From the NCBI GenBank assembly GCA_963752475.1, contig CAVVYR010000008.1, forward strand, positions 288,001 to 352,000: DNA of 64,000 nucleotides. The letters are read 5' to 3'. The DNA is from an uncultured Chloroflexia bacterium. Its GTDB lineage: Bacteria; Chloroflexota; Limnocylindria; Limnocylindrales; CSP1-4. Position numbers and translations under genes: made by a program. Shown piece by piece: positions 59,333 through 64,000 of the stretch; position 1 is the first letter of the stretch; each line of letters begins with the position of its first letter. The notes below the pieces were generated by a model. That model searched no databases. It saw nothing but the letters and a program-made list of their open reading frames with translations, and was not told the origin of the DNA.

Positions 59333-62300
59333 ATGAGTAGGCATCGCGATGATGCGGCCATGCCCTATCAGTCGCTGACTCCCGAACAAGATCGAGCACG
59401 TCCAGAGGCGCCTCCGGCGACGGTGCCTGGGCTGAACACGCCCGAGCCACACCCGTCCGGCTTCGCCATCATCGGCAGCAAGATCGGTCCGGCTGCGCCA
59501 GCGCGCTCGATCCTGGCTCGACCCAGGTTGGTCGACTGGTTCGACCAGCACGCGCGAGCGCGCGTCGTGTTCGTCTCGGCAGAGGCCGGGTACGGCAAGA
59601 CCACGCTCCTTGGCGAGTTCGCGAACCACACACGGGACCGGGTCGTCTGGTATCGGCTGGAACGCTCGGACGGCGACTGGATCACGTTCCTCAGCTACCT
59701 CGTCGCCGCGCTACGCGACGTCTGGCCGGAGTTCGGCAAGTCGACCGAGGCGCTTCTGCGCAACGTCGCGGCGATGGGCTCCTCGCGCGAGGTCGTCCTC
59801 GCACAGTTCCTCGCGGATCTGAGCTCGGCAGAGGCCAGTCGCGTCGCCGTGATCCTTGACGACTACCACCTCGTCGGCGAGTCGCCGGACGTGCGCATGA
59901 TCGTGAGCCGGATGCTGGAGCGCGCGCCGGAGGGCATGTACTTCGTCCTCTCCGGCCGCAGCGTACCGATGCTGTCGGTCGGCCGTCTACGGGGACAGGG
60001 TCGCGTCAACGGCCTGAACATCGATGACCTGCGGTTCACGCTGTCGGAGATCGAACAACTGTTCGCGACGACGTATGGGCTACCCCTCGACGGTCGAGCG
60101 TGTCGCCTGATCGCCGAGAAGACGGAGGGATGGGCGGCCGGACTACAGCTTGTGGCTGCGTCGATCGCGGTCAGCCAACCTGATGAGGTCGCCGAGTTCC
60201 TGGCTGCGCTCAATGGTGCGACTGGTCCCATCTATGACTTCCTCGCCGAAGAGGTCCTGACGCGTCTCGCGCCGGAGACGCAGCGGGTGCTGATGCATGC
60301 ATCGTTGGTGGAACGCGTGCAGACGGACTATGTCGCCGTCGCTCTCGAGGCAGGTGGCACGCCAGTGGAGTCATCCGTCATCCAGGCCTCCCTGGATAGG
60401 GCTGAATCGCTTGGATTGCTCGGCGTGCGCAGTGAGGCCGCTCGCGGAATGCGGATGCAAGCGCTGTTCCGCGAGTTCCTCGAGGTCCACCTGGAGCGGG
60501 AGGTGGCGCCCAAGACCATCCGGCAGATGCACCAAGCGATCGCGCACGCCTCCGAACAGGACGACTGGCTGATGGCGGCGCGTCACTTTGCCAAGGCGGG
60601 TTGCCACGACGATTCGATGCGCGTCATCGGCTCGGCCGCGGGCGAGGCACTTGGAACTGGTGCCTGGGGAGCTGCGGTCGAGATCGTGGACTCCATGCCG
60701 GCGACGGAGCCGCCACCGGCCGTGAAGGTCATTCAGGCTCGCGCACTCATCAGTGATGAGCACCCGGAAGCCGCGGTCGAGGTCCTGTCGAGCATCGATC
60801 GCACGAACCTGAGCCCCGAAGAGCGCGGCCTCGTCGGTCTCACATGGGCTGCCATCCACCACATCAACGGCGAGACCGAGTTGCACAAGGGTGAGATTGT
60901 CCCAATCGCAGATGACGAGACGGTTCCGGCGTTGTTGAGAGACGTTGGTCATTGTTGGCAGCTGATGCTCGAAGCGGCAACCGGGGAAAGCATCTCGGAC
61001 GCCGTGACTGCACTCCGGCGTATGGCCGTTGAGCAATCCAAGCATGACCTCCACTACTTCGCAGGCGTCACCCTGCACAATGCTGCGACCGGCGAGCTCG
61101 CCCGCGGCAACTACGGTGATGCACAAGCATTGGCGAAGGACTCGGTGGCACACCTGGCGCGAACTGACGAGGGTGCCTCAATCAGCTCGTCTACTCGATC
61201 GTTGCAGGCGCTCGTAGTCGCGGAGCTCGGAGATCTGGAGGAAGGGCTTCGGCTTTCCAGTGCGGCCGCGACCGGTCCGGAGGCGGCCGCCGACGCCCTA
61301 GCGGACGCCGCGTATCTCCACGCAGTGTGCGGCAGAGGACACCAAGCCCGGACTCTGCTGTCCAGGTTCGAGCGCGGCGACGCGAGATGGGCTCGAGACC
61401 TATCGAGCAAGGCCGCCGGCTGCTATGCGAGGTTCGCGCTGGCGATGAGCGACGGCGCTACAGGCGACGCAGACCGAGCGCTAGCCGACCTCGACGAGTT
61501 GACGCCGGTCGACTTTGACACTGAGACGCGTCGAGCAGTGCTTGCTGCAACGCTGGCGGTGGCCGCACAGGACCCGGCTGCGTCAACCATCCTGCACACC
61601 GCCAAGGAGGTTGTCGCACGCCAGAACGCATGGCGCTGGATGATGCGCGTACGCCTTCTCGACGCCGTTCTTCAGCGTGACGGCAAGAGTCTCGCCCTCT
61701 GGATCACGGAGGCTGAGACCAATTCCGCACTGTCGGTTCTTGAGCTCGCTGACGCGATTGTCACGGCGGTGGGTGCTCTGGCTTCGATTCCGGAAGCTCT
61801 CGAACGGTCGGTCTTGCGAGAGCCCAGACGGTGGATAGGAGCTCTGACGCGGCAGGTGCAGGGACCTCCGAGTGAGGATGCTGGAGCAGCGGCAGCCATG
61901 ATCGCCAAGTTCGGTACCGCCGAGGACGCTGCCGTCCTTCGTGACTACGAGCGAACTGCAACCGGAAGGCCGCGTCGGCGAGGACTGGCGACGCAACTCA
62001 TCCGGAGAGTCAGCCCGACAGTCCGCGTGCACGACCTCGGCCTAACGAGCTACGAAGTTGGCGAGCGCATCGTTCGGCTGACGCAGACACGCCGGAAGAC
62101 AGCTGCGCTCCTCCTCTACTTGGTGACACGCCCGGACCTGGCCGCGAACCGGGAACAAGTGATGGAAGCTCTCTGGCCTGACCAAACGCCGAAGTCTGCT
62201 CTCAACAGCCTCCACCAGACCATCTTCTTCCTTCGCCGTGAGCTTGAGCCCTGGTACGAAGACGGTGCGACTGCCGACTACGTGCACATGGACACCGAGC

Positions 62301-62758
62301 TCGTGTTGCTCGACCCAGACCTGTTCCAAGTCGACAGTGTCGCGTTCGCTCGCCAGTCTGCCGACATCGTTGGAACAACGAGTGCCGGGAGCCGAGGCCC
62401 CGAGATGCTTGCCCTATATCGAGGCCACTTCGCGCCAGAGTTCGAGTACGAAGAGTGGGCTAGCGAGTGGCGAACGCATCTCCACACGAGCTACCTCCAC
62501 TTGGCTCACGCTACCTCAACCGCCCTGATCCACGAGCGCCGATACGGCGAGGTAGTCGAAGTGTTGACGCCTGTTGTTGCACTGGATCCGACTGCATTTG
62601 AAATCCGAGGGGCCCTCGTCGGATGCCTTGCGGTAGCTGGTGCGCGCGATGCCTCGGTCGCGCACTACCGAAGCATGGCGGCGGCCCACGAGCGCGAGCT
62701 CGGGCTGCCCGCGCGCCCGTACGATGAACTTGTCAGATCCGTCAGTTCTATGCCCTAA
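59333..62758 (+). CDS. Large STAND regulator: MalT-like NTPase, TPR-like region, C-terminal wHTH-BTAD (SARP)
   Basis: RPRL, AEAGYGKTT, LDDYH, TEGWAAGL, FLAEEV; then LLLYL, REQVMEALWP, VD, YRGHF..EEW; start may be 59360. Confidence 0.88.
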   Translation: MSRHRDDAAMPYQSLTPEQDRARPEAPPATVPGLNTPEPHPSGFAIIGSKIGPAAPARSILARPRLVDWFDQHARARVVFVSAEAGYGKTTLLGEFANHTRDRVVWYRLERSDGDWITFLSYLVAALRDVWPEFGKSTEALLRNVAAMGSSREVVLAQFLADLSSAEASRVAVILDDYHLVGESPDVRMIVSRMLERAPEGMYFVLSGRSVPMLSVGRLRGQGRVNGLNIDDLRFTLSEIEQLFATTYGLPLDGRACRLIAEKTEGWAAGLQLVAASIAVSQPDEVAEFLAALNGATGPIYDFLAEEVLTRLAPETQRVLMHASLVERVQTDYVAVALEAGGTPVESSVIQASLDRAESLGLLGVRSEAARGMRMQALFREFLEVHLEREVAPKTIRQMHQAIAHASEQDDWLMAARHFAKAGCHDDSMRVIGSAAGEALGTGAWGAAVEIVDSMPATEPPPAVKVIQARALISDEHPEAAVEVLSSIDRTNLSPEERGLVGLTWAAIHHINGETELHKGEIVPIADDETVPALLRDVGHCWQLMLEAATGESISDAVTALRRMAVEQSKHDLHYFAGVTLHNAATGELARGNYGDAQALAKDSVAHLARTDEGASISSSTRSLQALVVAELGDLEEGLRLSSAAATGPEAAADALADAAYLHAVCGRGHQARTLLSRFERGDARWARDLSSKAAGCYARFALAMSDGATGDADRALADLDELTPVDFDTETRRAVLAATLAVAAQDPAASTILHTAKEVVARQNAWRWMMRVRLLDAVLQRDGKSLALWITEAETNSALSVLELADAIVTAVGALASIPEALERSVLREPRRWIGALTRQVQGPPSEDAGAAAAMIAKFGTAEDAAVLRDYERTATGRPRRRGLATQLIRRVSPTVRVHDLGLTSYEVGERIVRLTQTRRKTAALLLYLVTRPDLAANREQVMEALWPDQTPKSALNSLHQTIFFLRRELEPWYEDGATADYVHMDTELVLLDPDLFQVDSVAFARQSADIVGTTSAGSRGPEMLALYRGHFAPEFEYEEWASEWRTHLHTSYLHLAHATSTALIHERRYGEVVEVLTPVVALDPTAFEIRGALVGCLAVAGARDASVAHYRSMAAAHERELGLPARPYDELVRSVSSMP

Positions 62759-62961
62759 CCACCCGTACGTACTAGTACTTATAGGGAGCAGACCACCCCG
62801 TACCTAACCTTGCCGAAGCATCAGTCGGATGACTGAGGCTCGAGGTCACGGGGCAACAGCCGTGAAGACTCAGAGGGCTCGAGAGAGGGGACCTCCGAGT
62901 TCACGATTTGCCCCCAAGCACACCGGGCCGCCACCCGGCGGCACGAAAGAAGGGGTAAGAC

Positions 62962-62994
62962 ATGGATCCCATCGCCCACACGAAGCCCTGGTAG
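62962..62994 (+). CDS. Ten-codon ORF MDPIAHTKPW, or frameshifted 5' end of the next peptide
   Basis: Purine-rich RBS GAAAGAAGGGG immediately upstream of ATG 62962. Confidence 0.35.
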   Translation: MDPIAHTKPW

Positions 62995-62999
62995 CTGAG

Positions 63000-63092
63000 A
63001 TGCCTCGCATGTTGATGTCGAGGCTCACGTTGCTTTCGACTCTCGTACTCACTCTGGTAATCGCGGGCAGCGCGGGCATCCGGCCCATCTGA
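63000..63092 (+). CDS. Small hydrophobic peptide, putative signalling-peptide precursor
   Basis: MPRMLMSRLTLLSTLVLTLVIAGSAGIRPI: basic N-terminus, hydrophobic core, AGSAG, short tail; directly upstream of a membrane sensor. Confidence 0.6.
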   Translation: MPRMLMSRLTLLSTLVLTLVIAGSAGIRPI

Positions 63093-63127
63093 AGGGACTA
63101 GCGCACTCCTAGTACATATGTTGGATG

Positions 63128-63166
63128 GGGAGTTGTCGGTATCAATCGTGATACTGACGACTACCC
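63128..63166 (+). other. Long RNA hairpin between peptide gene and HD-GYP gene
   Basis: GGGAGTTGTCGGTATCA-ATCG-TGATACTGACGACTACCC; deviations from the perfect inverted repeat are G-U pairs plus one bulge. Confidence 0.65.
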
Positions 63167-63191
63167 AGTTGGGACTCAGGAGTCGCGACCT

Positions 63192-64000
63192 TTGTCGAGA
63201 AACCTTCGGATACTTCTGACGGTCGTACCGATTACGGCTGTCGCGTTGCTCGCGGTTAGCCTGCGAGCTTGGCCCGTCGACTTCGGCGGGTCAGTTTGGG
63301 TTTGGTCAGGCCAAGGCGGTACCGTCGCTGTACTGCTCTTCTGGATCGCGACTACCCTCGTCGCTTCGATGTTTCCGGTGCATATGCCGCGTGGGCCAGT
63401 TGTCAGCGTGGCGACGGCCCCAATCATCGCTGCAGCAATCCTCGGGGGCCCGAGTTCGGCCGCCATCGTTGCCATCCTTGGAACTATTGAGCTGCGCGAG
63501 CTTCAAGGACGTGTACCTTGGTACGGCGTGGTGTACAACCACACATTCCCGGCGATTGCTGCGGTTCTGTCAGGAGTCCTGTTCCTCTTCCTCAGCGGTG
63601 ATGAAGGAATCGCAAGTCCAGTAGGCCTCGCTGCGGGTGTTGCGGCTGGAATCGTGTTCGTTGGGGTAGACACTGGCATGTCGTCGCTCGCCGTTGCCCT
63701 TCGCGAGGAGCGGCCGTTCGGCGCCGTCGTGGCCAGCGACTTCCGGTCATTCGGGATGAGTCTGGTCGGCCTTACGCCAATGGCGTGGCTCATGGCGCTG
63801 GCATACATGTACATCGGACCCCTCGTTGCGCTCGTGTTCGCTCTGCCTCTCTACACGACACGGGCTGCCTACAAGGCGGTCGTGGATATCCGCGAGATGT
63901 TCACGCAGACCGTCAAGGCACTCGCGTCGGCCATCGACGCCCGAGACCCCAGCACGAAGAAGCACTCGGAACACGTCTCGGGCATCGCCGTCGAGATCGG
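63192..64000 (+). CDS. Multi-TM membrane sensor (MASE9-like) with HD-GYP domain, truncated by window end
   Basis: Not in the ORF track; CAGGAG RBS and TTG start; MSRNLRILL.. with several TM helices, then TVKALASAIDARDPSTKKHSEHVS. Confidence 0.85.
   Translation, partial: MSRNLRILLTVVPITAVALLAVSLRAWPVDFGGSVWVWSGQGGTVAVLLFWIATTLVASMFPVHMPRGPVVSVATAPIIAAAILGGPSSAAIVAILGTIELRELQGRVPWYGVVYNHTFPAIAAVLSGVLFLFLSGDEGIASPVGLAAGVAAGIVFVGVDTGMSSLAVALREERPFGAVVASDFRSFGMSLVGLTPMAWLMALAYMYIGPLVALVFALPLYTTRAAYKAVVDIREMFTQTVKALASAIDARDPSTKKHSEHVSGIAVEI

Noticed and set aside
62820-62945. c-di-GMP riboswitch upstream of the HD-GYP operon
   Set aside because: Hairpins are present but I cannot match the class I or II consensus; left as an unassigned leader

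Overview
High-GC bacterial chromosomal window. The lineage is probably Chloroflexota (inferred from RibXY-type riboflavin uptake, GAAC-N4-GTTC SOS boxes and gene style). In order it contains: a TelA/VWA operon, tRNA-Glu and a GH13 hydrolase (1-6.4 kb); a ~20 kb light/photo-oxidative-stress region (6.4-26.9 kb) with a B12-type CarH/LitR regulator, three operator loci of 11-bp-phased TnnACA repeats, photolyase, a ufaD/ufaO/ufaM-like lipid-modification trio, two glycosyltransferases, an acyl-ACP desaturase, DUF4397/fasciclin secreted proteins and an IS1182; argS; a ~9.7 kb gene for a membrane-anchored protein with ~39 PASTA domains ending in a catalytically dead zinc-peptidase domain, next to an intact HEXXH paralogue; a split formiminotransferase/cyclodeaminase; Fe3+ and FMN-riboswitch-controlled riboflavin ABC transporters; an SOS block (lexA, dinB, small LexA-boxed gene); rplI; and dnaB. 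dnaB runs without its stop into an IS630 fragment that is fused to cobQ. The window ends in a more AT-rich module: MalT/BTAD regulator, tiny hydrophobic peptide gene(s), a hairpin and a membrane-sensor HD-GYP protein. The best candidates for undescribed systems are this peptide/HD-GYP module, the PASTA stalk/pseudopeptidase pair and the CarH lipid regulon. Several frameshifts look like consensus errors. All family calls are from motif recognition, not database searches.
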